NCBI RefSeq assembly: GCF_006345805.1
Contig: NC_043010.1
Coordinates: 37,138,001 to 37,202,000, forward strand
Direction: 5' to 3'
DNA length: 64,000 nt
DNA from: Octopus sinensis
Taxonomy: Eukaryota
Numbering within the stretch: the first letter of the stretch is position 1; each line of letters starts with the position of its first letter. The notes beneath the pieces were generated by a model. It saw only the letters and a program-made list of their open reading frames with translations. It ran no database searches and was not told the origin of the DNA. Made by a program: the position numbers and the translations under genes. Shown one piece after another: positions 1 to 12,594 of this stretch.

Positions 1-587
1 CAAATGACTCAGGTTAAACCCCTCCCTTAAAATCTCAACTCCCATCCTACACACCTCATTTGTCAGAAATTTACTAACAGGATGTAATTTATCAGCTCCT
101 TGTTCTTAATACTAAACATATAAACAAACATTAACACCCTTATTATTATTATTATTATTATTACTATTATTACTATTATTACTATTATTATTATTATCTC
201 ATCATCATCATCTCCATGTCAAATGAAATAGCTAAATCTTTTCTGATTTTCATTATCTCAATCCTTTTTTCTTTAATTACAATGTTTCTGCTGATATACA
301 CTGCCTTCGTTGCAATATATTTTTAACAAAAATAATAAATTCAGTAAAAACACAGATTTTATCATGATTAAGCTGATGTGAAAGCGGCAAGTTGGCAGAA
401 TCTTTAGCAAGCCAGACAAAATGCTTAGCCGGATATATTTTCATGGAAGATTGAAAATGAATGATACAGTTTGTGCAATGGCGATATTCATTTATAATTA
501 TGATGTGATGTCTAGACAAGGATACACACACATATGTACTTAAGCATACACATACACACACACACATACAGAGATTATTTCAGCTTC

Positions 588-955
588 TATTGGGTTATCC
601 GGAAAGTTCGTGCTGATTTTTAAAGGAAAGAAAAAGGTCAATAAATACTTGTCATTACATTTTTAATCAACCAAATATGAACCATTTTGTTGTACAATGC
701 GTCTCCATCTTTCCTTTAACTAAAAAATACCTTCTTCCCAGAATTGAGGTGGTTTCATGGCAAAGAATTCATCAAGGTATCTTTTTACGTCATCCAAGGA
801 ATTGAAATTTTTACCATTAAGACTATTCTGCAGAGACCTGAATAAGTGGAAATCTGAAGGAGCAACATCTGGTGAATATGGAGTGGGGAGTGACACATCC
901 CAGCCGAGCTGCAGCAATTTTTGTCTGGTTCCCAAAGCATCAAGTGCCAAAAATG
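588..955 (-). mobile_element. Mariner transposon 3' fragment with terminal inverted repeat and TA
   Basis: Minus ORF 720-950 reads PYSPDVAPSDFHLFRSLQNSLNGKNF, the mariner C-terminal YSPDLAPSD motif. TA+TTGGGTTATCCGGAAAGTTCG at 588 is a mariner-type terminus. The 5' part is missing. Confidence 0.9.
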
Positions 956-2485
956 AACTTTCTTATCTTCCATTTTAAAGAGTTAGAGAATTAACACAGG
1001 TGTTGATTTGTTTAAGTCCCCTTGCCCCGCTAGCTTTATGGGTTAGCAAAAAGAACCTCATAGAATAGGTATCACCAGAGTTTAAAATATGTCCTAAAAT
1101 CAATTTGGTCAACTGAACTCTTCAAGGCAGTGCTCCAGCATGGCTTCTATTCAATGACTGAAATAGATAAAATAATAAAGAATGAAAAATATGAAAGACT
1201 CAAAAAAAAAAAAAAGTCGAATTTTCCTTTTGCCTTTCCTTGGAGATTTAACCATTGTTGACAATTTGAACCTATTGACCTTGTTGGTCAGCTCTAATCA
1301 AGCAAACCTATGATCAAAGGCATTCCAGGTATGACTATTCTGCCATAGTATATCTGTATGACTACATTTATCCAATAGGTCCCTCCTTTTTCTAGATAAT
1401 AGGGTGTGACTTGAGAGAGATTTAACTACTATTTATGTCAGTAGGTTGAATGATGACTCAGAGTCTGTCTTTTTCCTCTCACTCTCTTTCTTCTGCTCTC
1501 CCTCCTTCTCTCTCTCTCACGGCGCTGTGTGTTGTGCGGTGCCACCCAACTCCATTAATTTATGCTTATGATAGAGAAGCAATCAATCAATCAGACTTTC
1601 AAGAGTATGATAATCCAATAATAGATCAAATATGGTATAAATATGTAGACAAATTGAAGCCAGTCGCTTTTAATAATTTTTGTGTAACCTTCTCATCATC
1701 GTTGTCATTATTGTCATTATCTCTTCCGTTGTCAATCAGTTCGTTATCAGGCAATCAAGCTGATTACTTGACTTTCCATGGTCACAGGTATATATCAACG
1801 AATGAGACCATTGTGAGCCTCTGTGTATAGCCATTTGAACTACAAATAACAGCTTAATCTTCCTCAAATCACATGCTTTTATCTCTTACGACCTCCTTCA
1901 GAAATAAAATGAGGAAAAAAAAAGGACATAGCAGATAAGTTAGTCTGAGATACACTATGTCTAGATGAACGACAAGCGGATCATAGCCGAAGCAGTAATA
2001 TATTTGATCGTAGCACAGGTATGGTTGATCAGGACTCACCTGGGGTTAAACAAAACAACCACCACCACCATGGAGAGCCAGTTTTTCTTCAGACTTTAGT
2101 CAAAGGTGAAGTCAACTCAGCCCCACAAACAAGCACAAAAAAAAAAGAAAAACAAATTGTAAATTTTACAATTCTAGCATCGTTACCCCTGCAGCATTAA
2201 CATTTTCTGCTAAGTGAATTAACCTTTTCATAACCAAATTTCTAATCAAATACTCTGTGAGTATTTCTATTAATTTTGAAACTAATCAGGAATTTAATTG
2301 CATTTAGTAAAGTCACTTTTACGTTTATTCATTTCTAAAATGAACTGGTGTTTGGAACATAACTTGAAGATGAAGTTCTTCCTTAAAATTATCGACAGAA
2401 GCTTTTAATTCAAATAAGAATGATTTAAAACGAGTAATTTTGTACGATAGAACCAGGGGTGGTTTGTATGGGAAGGGTGAGAGAG

Positions 2486-2714
2486 TTAACCCTTCTGTTA
2501 CCATATTTCTGTCAAAATACTCTGCCTTTGTTTCAATTAATTTCGAAATTAATGAAGAAGTTTGTTAACTAGCTTTGTCATTATTTAGATGATATCTCAG
2601 ACTTCAATTAACACGGTATTTTGATGAGAGTTTTTAATTTAGATCACTTTAGAACAAAGTCTGTACCATAGACCCAAGGGCTGTCTTGGACAGGGGTTGA
2701 GATCAAAGGGTTAA
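2486..2714. mobile_element. piggyBac-like MITE
   Basis: TTAA-CCCTT...AAGGG-TTAA ends; internal sequence recurs at about 2219-2460 and 54938-56760. Confidence 0.7.
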
Positions 2715-3039
2715 ACATCTTGCCTGTGGTCATTGTGGATTGTTTGCTGTTGGTAGGGATATGAATTGTTGACCTTTTGAATAGGTATCTGATAATGACA
2801 TTTGACTATATATGCACACACACACACACTCTCTCTTTCTCTCTCACTCTCTGATTGCAATTGATCATCTTATGAAGAGAGAGACACCTTATTGGACAAT
2901 GTAGTCCTAGAAAAACAATGCCCAAGAGAAGGCCAGGAGAGCCATGGGTGGAATGTCTTCAATCATAAGAACCATTGTCATGAAAGTTAAACCAAAGAAG
3001 GTTTTCAAAAATTTTCAGAATATTCTGAAATGTCACTAT

Positions 3040-3150
3040 GTACCTGTAGAGGTCTGTTGAAATGGTTCATTTTTGGCCAGATATTGATACTGGGACAATT
3101 TCTTCCAGACCTTCACAGCATTGTCTTTAACATAAAACTTCTTCTTACAT
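3040..3150 (-). mobile_element. Possible decayed CR1/L2-type LINE 3' fragment
   Basis: Minus frame FYVKDNAVKVWKKLSQ resembles the CR1 C-terminal FFSxRVVxxWNKLP motif; short and degenerate. Confidence 0.3.
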
Positions 3151-3474
3151 CACATTCACTTTAGCCACACACACACCATACCATGTTAAAGGAGAATTGT
3201 GACCACAGACTTTGTTGTCCAGTTATCGCATTAACATTTTTTTTTTATTTCAAGGTCAACGTAAATAAACACAACAAGGCTTTTTTATACTACTCTGGTG
3301 AAATTCAAAGGAATTAGCAGTTAATATTTTTAGGTAAAAAGGTGAACTGATAAAGTCATTAGCATACTGGACACAATGCTTGTAGCAACATTTCGTCTGT
3401 CTTTACATTCTGGGTTCAAATTCCGCTGAGATCCACCTTGCCTTTCATCCTTTTGGGGTTGATAAAACAAATAC

Positions 3475-3707
3475 CGATTTCTTTACTACCCACAAGGGGC
3501 TAAACACAGAGAGGACAAACAAGGACAGACAAACGGATTAAGTCGATTATATCGACCCCAGTGCATAACTGGTACTTAATTTATCGACCCCAAAAGGATG
3601 AAAAGCGAAGTCGACCTCAGCGGAATTTGAACTTAGAACGTAACGGCAGACGAAATACGGCTACGCATTTCGCCCGGCGTGCTAACATTCTGCGAGCTCG
3701 CCGCCTT
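3475..3707 (-). mobile_element. tRNA-headed SINE, family B, young copy with 11-bp TSD
   Basis: Minus strand starts AAGGCGGCGAGCTCGCAGAA with B box GTTCAAATTCC; flanked by AAAACAAATAC at 3464-3474 and 3708-3718; inserted into an older plus-strand copy (about 3340-3800). Confidence 0.9.
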
Positions 3708-3878
3708 AAAACAAATACGAATTGAACACTGGGGTTGATGCAATCAACCTGCTCTCTCCACCGAAATTACTGGCTTTGTGCCAAAATTTGAAACCAATAT
3801 TTTCAGGTAAAAGAAATCATTTTATGCAATGTTACATGCATCAGACTTTTTGAATTCTCTTCAAAAAAATTCACTTTT

Positions 3879-4281
3879 GGAGTGCCTGTGTGGTAAGTAG
3901 TTTGCATACCAACCACATGGTTCCGGGTTCAGTCCCACTGCGTGGAACCTTGGGCAAGTGTCTTCTACTATAGCCTCAGGCCAATCAAAACCTTGTGAGT
4001 GGATTTGGTAGACGGAAACTGAAAGAAGCCCATTGTATATATGTATATATATGTGTGTGTGTGTGTGTCTATGTTTGTCCCCTCCAACATCACTTGACAA
4101 CCGATGCTGGTGTGTTTAGGTCACCGTAACTTAGCAGTTCGGCAAAAGAGACCGATAGAATAAGTACTAGGCTTACAAAGAATAAGTCCTGGGGGTCGAT
4201 TTGCTCGACTAAAAGGCAGTGCTCCAGCATGGCCGCAGTCAAATGACTGAAACAAGTAAAAGAGAGTAAAAGAGTAAAGAG
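3879..4281 (+). mobile_element. tRNA-headed SINE, family A
   Basis: A-box-like GTGCCTGTGTGG, B box GGTTCAGTCCC, internal (TA)n(TG)n, AAAAGAGT repeat tail; many copies in the window. Confidence 0.9.
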
Positions 4282-5281
4282 TATACATTCCAGATAAAAT
4301 ATCTTTTGTCTAATACTTTTACCTTAAGTAGTCAAACTTTACTGCAGAAAATGAATCAATACAATTTGTGTAAATGTTCAATATTTACACCTTCGATTTT
4401 TCATAATTTATCTCTCTCCGACTGTCACATACGTCTCATGAAAATGGCCCACAAGTCTCTTCAGGTGGAGGTTGACCTAGAACTAAATATCCAATAACAG
4501 CTGATTAATTAGTATCATTACTATCCTGTTCTCAGTTTGGTTAATTATTTTTCTTCTTTCGAAATAAGTTGCTTCCTGAAAAGAAAGGAAAAAAAATGCC
4601 CCTCTAAAGAAGCACATGCATTAAAGCTAGCGTGGTTTGATCTGAGGCTATGGTGATATGCAGTAAGATGGCACCCAAAATTTGACCAGTCTCTCCATTG
4701 CAATTTCAGGTTTTTGTACCAACCATTGTAAATCAAAAAATAAATAAATGCACAAATAAAAAATATAAAACCTTTAGTAATAAAGTTAACTAATCAGGAT
4801 ATGTTCTAGAAAATAAGGAACTTTGCTATAACCAACATAACTTAGATTTAGAAATAGGGATTGGTAACAAGTAAATTCTCTCCTCCCTTACTCATTGTTG
4901 TCAGCCATAGACCCACTATTAAGTCTTCCCTACCCTTCCTATGTCCATATTTAACTATTTTGATTCTAAACCTACCTCAGTTTGCCTCTCATTCTAGGAT
5001 ACAAAGCCTTATTCTAAGATACAATGATTTATTCTAATATAATGTAAAAATCTTTCATGTTGTTATATTCCAAAGTTCCTTAATAAAGAATAAGTTTAAT
5101 TATTTGACTAATCACCACAAATTATTGTTTTTAAAATTATTTGAAATACATAACAGAAAAGTGTTTTTCATTAGAAATCTGATTACAAATGAGTTGTTAG
5201 TTGTCAGATTACTGGCAACAAAGATAGGATAAGAAAAACAACTTTGAATATATACATTGATAAAACATATGAGTGAGATCG

Positions 5282-5690
5282 TTGCCAGAGCAACAAGCTG
5301 GCCTCCGTGCCGATGGCACGTTAAAAACCACCATTTGACCGTTATCATTACCTGCGTTGCCTTACTAGCACTTGTGCTGGTGGCATGTGAAAAAACATTC
5401 GAGCGAGGTCGTTGCCAGTGCCACTGGACTGGCTCCCTGTGCCGGTAGCACATAAAAAGCACCATTTGAGCATGGCTGTTGCCAGTACCACCTGACTGGC
5501 CCTCGTGCCGGTGGCACATAAAAGCACCCACTACATTCTCGGAGTGGTTGGTGTCAGGAAGGGCATCCAGCTGTAGAAACTCTGCCAGATCAGATTGGAG
5601 TCTGGTGCAGCCATCTGGTTTGCCAGACCTCAGTCAAATTATCAAAACCATGCTAGCATGGAAAGCGGACGTTAAATGATGATGATGATT
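5282..5690 (+). mobile_element. Non-LTR repeat with (GAT)n tail (RTE-tail type, family C)
   Basis: Ends GCATGGAAAGCGGACGTTAAATGATGATG; near-identical blocks at 14823-15075, 50495-50850 and 50903-51385. Confidence 0.8.
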
Positions 5691-5699
5691 GTATATCTA

Positions 5700-6310
5700 C
5701 TTGGAACACACAGTGGATATGTGCCAAGATATGGAGGCTGAAATTTTCAGGAGAGTATGAGCAGGTTGAAAAGCATTCACCTTGATAAAAGACTTGCTCA
5801 AATCAAAGCTGGACAAGACCCCACATGTCGGTTGTTTCAATAGCACTGTCCTACTTGCATTCTTATATGCATATGAGACACGGGTCACTACAAGGAGGGA
5901 AAACATTGGTTATAGATAGTATGTAGCACTCCGTTGGTTATGACGATGAGGGTTCTTGTTGATCAGATCAAAGGCCATGGAAAGATCCATGATACCATAT
6001 CTGAAATGAGGTGATTTGAGAATGAAGTGGAATGAATGATGCGATTGCAGAATGCCGAAAGCACAAATTCCTCTCCAGTGGAATTTGTGCTTTTGGGATT
6101 CTGCAGTCATGTCATCCATTGGACATGTTGCAAGGTTCATAGACAACAAGTGGATCCAAGCAGTTGTTGAGTGGTATCCAGGAGATCAGAAAAGGCCAAC
6201 AGGGAGATCTTTGTGACAGTGGGAAAGCAATGTGCAGGAAGATGGAAAAGAAGGGCACACTCCAAAAAGGAATTGGAAGCACAATGTGACCCGCAATGTA
6301 TAACAACATC
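5700..6310 (+). mobile_element. Decayed RTE LINE, C-terminal ORF region
   Basis: Broken frames give FNSTVLLAFLYAYET and GHVARFIDNKWIQAVVEWYPGDQKRPTGR, both RTE C-terminal motifs. Confidence 0.85.
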
Positions 6311-6879
6311 TGATAGACTGGTTGATACATGTAATATATATGACTAGGGTATAAATACCCAGGGTCACTTGGACTGTTAATTCTAAAGCCGGTGCCAACA
6401 TATATCCGGAAGTAAGCCAAAAAAAAAAAATTAATTAGAATTACATGTTTAATAATGAGAACAATCATTTTCTAAATTACTAATTCTCTATAGGGGGAGA
6501 TAATCCTAACATCTTTCAATAAGATTATTTAATACAGGATGCTTTTCAAGAATAAATCTGATCTTTAGCAGTGCGGTGACATGGAAACATGTATTTCATT
6601 TATATAAATTCCTTCGTCTCAGCTGACAGCTATTGACTAAAGTTTAAAATATCCAGCTACTTCTCTCATTATGACTTGTGTACTACCACCTTCTCAACCA
6701 TGGTCACCACTCTCAGAGTACCACATCACCTCCTACACTTCCTTTCTCCTCACCTATACCCACCACCACTTTTATTTATTTATTTATTTATCCACTATGC
6801 CCACCACCACTTTTATTTATTTATTTATTTACTTATACTAGTTGTCTCTTTATCGCTCCTCCTGTATCTACCATATCAT

Positions 6880-7115
6880 ATGTAGATAAGCCAGTGAGGA
6901 AAGCCTCTACATGGTCACTTGCCCTGCTAAAAATAGAAACCAAATGTTCCTCAAAATTACACTCTAGAAAAAGGAAGGAGACATGAAGAAGTATAGTCTT
7001 AGACAGGTTATGTCTGAAAATAAACGACGAGGTGGTCAGGGTTATATTGCCTTTGATCATAGGTCTACTAATCAGAGCTGACCTGGGGCTAAACAACTAC
7101 AACAGCAGCAACAAC
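6880..7115 (+). mobile_element. Dispersed repeat family D (GCTAGAAATAGCAG...GCTGACCTGGGGCTAAACAAC)
   Basis: Shared blocks recur at about 1800-2065, 7500-7610, 7638-8360 and in reverse at 1245-1440 and 24350-24470; (CAA)n tail. Confidence 0.65.
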
Positions 7116-7725
7116 ACCTTATCTCGACAGTGTTACACCAGAACACTTTCTTCCTCTTACATCATTAGATCAAGTAGGTTAGGGTGGGTGTGTCTGTTAC
7201 CGAGACCTTTTGATGTTTCAATCATCAGTTATTATGGCTGGGAGGCAAGTGGGTTGTCGGAATCGGTAGAGCATTGAAGTAAATGTCTTGTGCTGTTTAG
7301 TTGTGTCCGTTTTATGTTCTGAGTTCAAATTCCACCGAGGTTGACTTTTCGCTTTCATCTTTTCAGGGTTGATAAAATAAGTACCAGTTAAGTACTGTGA
7401 ATGATTTAATCACCTTGTCATCTTCCCCGCTTACGTTGTGTGGCCTTGTGTCTGTGTTAGAGATCATTATGACAGGCAAGAGACTTGCCCTCTATAAGGA
7501 AACGGTGTTTTGGCCAGCAGTAACTACAGTGGTGTGAGTGGAATGCCTTTGATCATAGAATAGGTCTGCTGAATTGGGGCTGATCTGAGACTAAAGAACA
7601 ACTGCAAACATACACTATCAATATAAAGTCACTCATTAAGCTAGAAATAGCAGGAACATCGACAACTTAAAATAAAGGAAGGACACATTAAATAACATAG
7701 ACTTAGACACATCACCAATATATAT

Positions 7726-7988
7726 GTCATCGCAGAGTATACTCGCAGCAAGTATAGATGGGCTGGACACGTCGCCCGGCTCACCGATAATCGGTGGACG
7801 CACGCAGTTGTCGAGTGGTACCCACGTGCGCGGAAAAGACCACCCGGAAGACCTCCACGACGGTGGAGTGACGATTTCAAGAGGACGATTGGGATCACGT
7901 GGATGAGAAGGGCGTGATCCAGAGAGGAGTGGACAGCGTGCTGTGACCAGCGGTGTCAAATGGACGCCTGACGGACTGGTCGGTCAAA

Positions 7989-7992
<4 letters not shown>
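7726..7992 (+). mobile_element. CpG-rich 5'-truncated RTE LINE 3' end
   Basis: Frame VIAEYTRSKYRWAGHVARLTDNRWTHAVVEWYPRARKRPPGRPPRRWSDDFKRTIG; flanked by TA runs on both sides. Confidence 0.9.
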
Positions 7993-8025
<33 letters not shown>

Positions 8026-8096
8026 TCAATAAGCTAGAAATAGCAGCAGCATTTCCAACTTAAAGAAGAACACATTTAATTATGCCAACCTAGATA

Positions 8097-8153
<57 letters not shown>

Positions 8154-9082
8154 CATACTCCATGAACTAGAAATAGTAGCAGTGTCTTCAACTTAATAAC
8201 GAAGGACACATTTAATAATGTAGACCTGATGGTGATACTTCAGCATGGACACAGCTGAATGACTGAAACAAATAAAAGAATTATAGAATACACACACACA
8301 CAATAAGCTAGAAATAAATGAAGGGCACATTGAATAATGCGGATCCGGACACACTATGATCAAGGATAAACCTATCCTTCCCCCACAAACAATAACAACC
8401 ACCACATGATCACATATCCGTTCATGTGATGATGAACTTTCATCTCCATCAGTCTGAAGGAGAATGATGTTGCTGCCAGTTGAAGTTGGAGCAGTTTGTT
8501 GTTGTTGGTGGTGGTGGTGCTGGTGATGGCGGCAGCGGCAGTTATTGTTGTTGTTGTTGTTAGCCACAGGTTAATTTTGATTGAGCTGATCTATGATCAA
8601 AGCATTACAAAATCACAGCCATTCCATTTTATTTTCAGACAATACATCCACGTCTGTTCTGCAGATCACATCCTTCTTTTTGTTTTTTTTTTTCTTTTAA
8701 GATAACAGGGTACAATTTCTTAAGATTGTAGAGTGAGGGTAATTTGGTTGCTTTTTCTGGATTCAGTTGTTGATGGTGACAGTGTCACTTCTGTTGAGTT
8801 GTTATTTGTAAAAAAAAAGCAAAGGCAGTGTTTTACATCCATTACTTTAATTTTCTCGGGTGATTCCCAGTTACTTTCACTCCTCCGACTCTACTGCCAA
8901 GAAATAAAGAAAATATTTTGATCTCACTGCAAAGCTACAGTTAATGAATAGCTGATGGAAGATGGATAATTAGATGTACTCTACAGAGAGAGCTCGTTAA
9001 ATCACATTTAAGGATATGAGACATACTTAGAATGGTGTTGCTAACTCAGGAAACTCCTATTTCTTTCTGTGTCCTATTTTAT

Positions 9083-9123
<41 letters not shown>

Positions 9124-9493
9124 CACTCATACACACACACATATCTAGTCATTCATTTGTATATATATCTACTCTTTAGCTTTTAGTCATGTTTGTGTGT
9201 GTGTGTGTGTGTATGTATGTTCATATGACTGCATATCTATGCAGTTATATAGTTTCCAGATTTTGGCCCAAGGTCATCTATTTCAAGATAGGGGTTAACT
9301 TAATTAGATTGACACCAATATTCAACCGGTACTTATTTCATTGACACCACCACCCCAAAAAGGATGAAAGGCAAAATTGATGTATGTGTAATGTATGGAT
9401 ATACATATATCCATACTTGTGTTTGCATAATTGTTTCTGACATAGATGCAAGGCCAGTAATTCTTTGGGGTGCATGTTAGCCATATATATATG

Positions 9494-9524
<31 letters not shown>

Positions 9525-10360
9525 TTTCTTAAAATTAATATAGGATAGGAAAAATTGTAGAAATTTTTGTCTACCAGTGGCCTAGCATGTATACAAAGTC
9601 AATAGACTTGCTAAGGCCCATTTCTTTTGTGTACATATATTATATGGAATTCAGGTATGTGAGGTGAAGAAAAGATATCAACATCTGGCTGAGACCTAAC
9701 AAATCAAATTCTTTGAAGTTGTTTTTTATATAATTACTGGTGTTGTTTGCTGAGTCACTATGCTCAGTTTGGATTAAACAGATCCACTACATAGATGGAG
9801 TCAGTCAACTACTTGTAGAATCCACAAACACTAACCACTTGACATGGCAATAGTCATTCAACTCACTTTTTTTTATTTTTTGTTTTTTTTCTTAAGGAGA
9901 TACAGGTTAATTATGGATAGATATACATGAAGAGGAGTCAAGCATTATCAACCAGATGCAAACATAATCTGGGGAATTTAAATTTTTTATGAATATTGGG
10001 GTTTTCTCATCTTCGTCATCTCCATTATTTTTTTAACATCACTTTTCCAAACTTGCATGGGTCAAACTGAATTTGTAGAGGCAAGTTTTCTATGGTCTGA
10101 TGCCCTTCCTGTCGTTAAGTCTCGTCTCCCCTTGGCTGGACACTTCCCACAGAAGACTGGAAACAAAAGACATGCTTCTTTTGATGGTGATAGTTCTTTT
10201 ACAACTATCCCACCACATTATGTCAACGCATGGACACACACACATGTTGCTCTTAATTACTTTTTAATTGACCTGCTGGCTATTTGTGACATCAGTGTCT
10301 GAACAGACGCTGAAATTCTATATATTGTTGACAAGGAGATTCAATTGTTGTGTCACTAAC

Positions 10361-10442
10361 AGATGTCTGTCACTGAGGAGCCTGGGTAGAGTGAAATCAC
10401 GTGATCTGGCAATGCTGATGGCCCAAAGCAGATTGTCCTCAT
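10361..10442 (-). CDS. Candidate internal exon (DEDNLLWAISIARSRDFTLPRLLSDRH)
   Basis: Acceptor tcattgacAG at 10443, donor GTTAGT at 10360, open frame between, non-repetitive. Product unknown. Confidence 0.2.
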
Positions 10443-12279
10443 CTGTCAATGATATAAATATGAGTGCTTTTGTGCACCACAAGTCCATTTAAGAGGTCCT
10501 CAATAAGGTAAATAATGCAGTATTCAGGGCTCTAAAAATACATCCATGTTAAGTTGCATACAAAGATTGCTTTTTAGTATTAATATTGCTTTTGTTGCTG
10601 TTAACTGTGTGTTTGTGTGTGGGGGGGTAGGGGTGTACACTGGGTTTCTTTTAGTTTCTATCAACCAAATCCATTCACAAAGCTTTTTGTCGGCCCAGGG
10701 CGATACTAAAAGACACTTGCCCAAGGTGTAATGCAGTGAGACTTAACCCAAAGTCATGAACTTGTTAAAAAAAAAAACATCAGAAATCTTAAACCTCCTG
10801 TTTTCAATTGGTTGCTGTATGGTTTTGACGTAAAAAAAAAAGAAACCCTCTCAACAACCATATCTCCTTGAAAAAAAAACAAAAATCTTTCTGCAGCCTT
10901 CAAAGTCGAGGGGATTATGATTTTTAAACTCTCTAAATGTCAGGTAAATATATCCCAAGATGAAGTTATTTAAGTAAATAAAAAAAATCTTAAACTGTGA
11001 CACACACACCACACACACACACATACATATATATGTATATATATATATATATGTGTATACACACACACACATATATGTATATACACACACACTTACACGT
11101 AAGAATAAGTGGTTCTGATTTCAAAGTATTAAATGAATGCTATGAAAATTACTGCTATATCTCATGTCAACTGAGCTAAACTGTATTTCAGTTTTACAAA
11201 CTGGCCCTATCTACCCCTACTGTCTCAAAGCAAGCCAGTCTTCGTGCATTTAGCTTAGATGCAGTTGTAATGTATTTAAAATTTTATGGGGGGAGGGGAG
11301 AAGCACTGATAACTAAGTCCAGTGTTTAGATCCCATTAAATTCCTTCTGGTACAGGATACTGTATCTCTTATCTTACATGTGTGTTTATATCATTGAACT
11401 GTCGCTATGCTGAAGTACTGTCTCGAAAAGTTTAATCAAACAATTGGTCCTAGTATTTATTTTTTCAAACTTGTACTTATTCTATTGGCCACTTTTACTA
11501 AACCACTGAATTACAGGGATGTAAACAACCCAACTTCGGATGTCAAGCAGTGTATGGCAGGGATAAACAGAAACACACGCTTATACACAATGGGATTCTT
11601 TAATTTTCCATCTACCAAATTCACTCACAAGGTTTTGGTCACACAGTGGGACTGAACCAAGACCGCATGGTTGGGAAGCAAGCTTTTTTAACCACACAGC
11701 CACATAGGCGCCTATGTAGGCAACATTTCCAGATGATCTGACATCAATTCCCAACAGCTGGATTGAATTATTCCCAAATAAAACCGTTCAGATCACTCAG
11801 TCTATAAGCCCTGTGAATTTTATGTCTACATGCAGTAGACTCGATGCCTTGCTACCCCATGAGTAAAGAGCCTAACACTTTATTCACATTACCATTCTGT
11901 TTCTGCTTTGTTGTGGTTACTCTGTAATCTATTCGACATTACACCTGACAAGTCAACCCTGTTTACTTTTGTTACATTTGTTTACTGTTAAATCTTCTCT
12001 ACTGCAAACTGGACATGATGTTTGCCCTCGACTGCTTGCACTGCACCCCACACAAATAAATACAGGTAGCATGATGGAATGCAGTGTGTTGTAGCAAGCT
12101 GGAATTAGGCATGCTACATTTTGACCTGCCAGGCCAAATATTTGAATAAGGTGACATCCATGCCATGGCTATAGTACTGTGGGTTTTATTTTATGACAAT
12201 TTGGCTCTTTAGATTCTCTAAAGTCACTATACTGACTACCTGTATGAAGCTATAAGACTTTCTTATTCTTTACCAAAGA

Positions 12280-12496
12280 GTGGCCTTGGCAGGAAAGAAT
12301 TCTATTGCCTTAGGGTTCCGCCAGTACAGTCCAGGGGTTCCGCAAGAAGTTACAAAACTGCTAAAATCGGCAGTAATTTTTAATTCTCCTGTGCAGATAT
12401 GTGTGCATAAGACAATTAAGTTATTGCACAGGGGTTCCTCGAGCCAGTGGAATGTTTCCTTGGGGTTCCGCTCCAGCAAAAAGGTTAAAAAGCACT
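12280..12496. mobile_element. hAT-type non-autonomous element fragment
   Basis: Repeated GGGGTTCC subterminal motifs and an AAAAAGGTTAAAAAGCACT end like hAT MITE termini. Confidence 0.5.
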
Positions 12497-12594
12497 TACC
12501 TGGAGGAAAGCTCCAAGTGCATTTACAATAAACCTGCAGATGATCATGGCATCTAATTAGGGAAATGACTGAACCAAATAAAAGAATGTGTAAT

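Noticed and set aside
3879-3960. tRNA-like A and B boxes
   Set aside because: SINE heads; I found no complete cloverleaf, so no tRNA genes are called.
6112-6468. 118-aa minus ORF that looks protein-like
   Set aside because: Antisense of the decayed RTE LINE on the plus strand.
6833-7096. Minus ORF with an apparent acceptor (NFEEHLVSIFSRASDHVEAF...)
   Set aside because: Lies within dispersed repeat family D.
7636-7959. GC-rich ORFs listed on both strands
   Set aside because: Antisense or off-frame readings of the RTE 3' end.
9897-9905. 9-nt plus-strand microexon after a long T tract
   Set aside because: AAG acceptor and weak GTTAAT donor; expected by chance.
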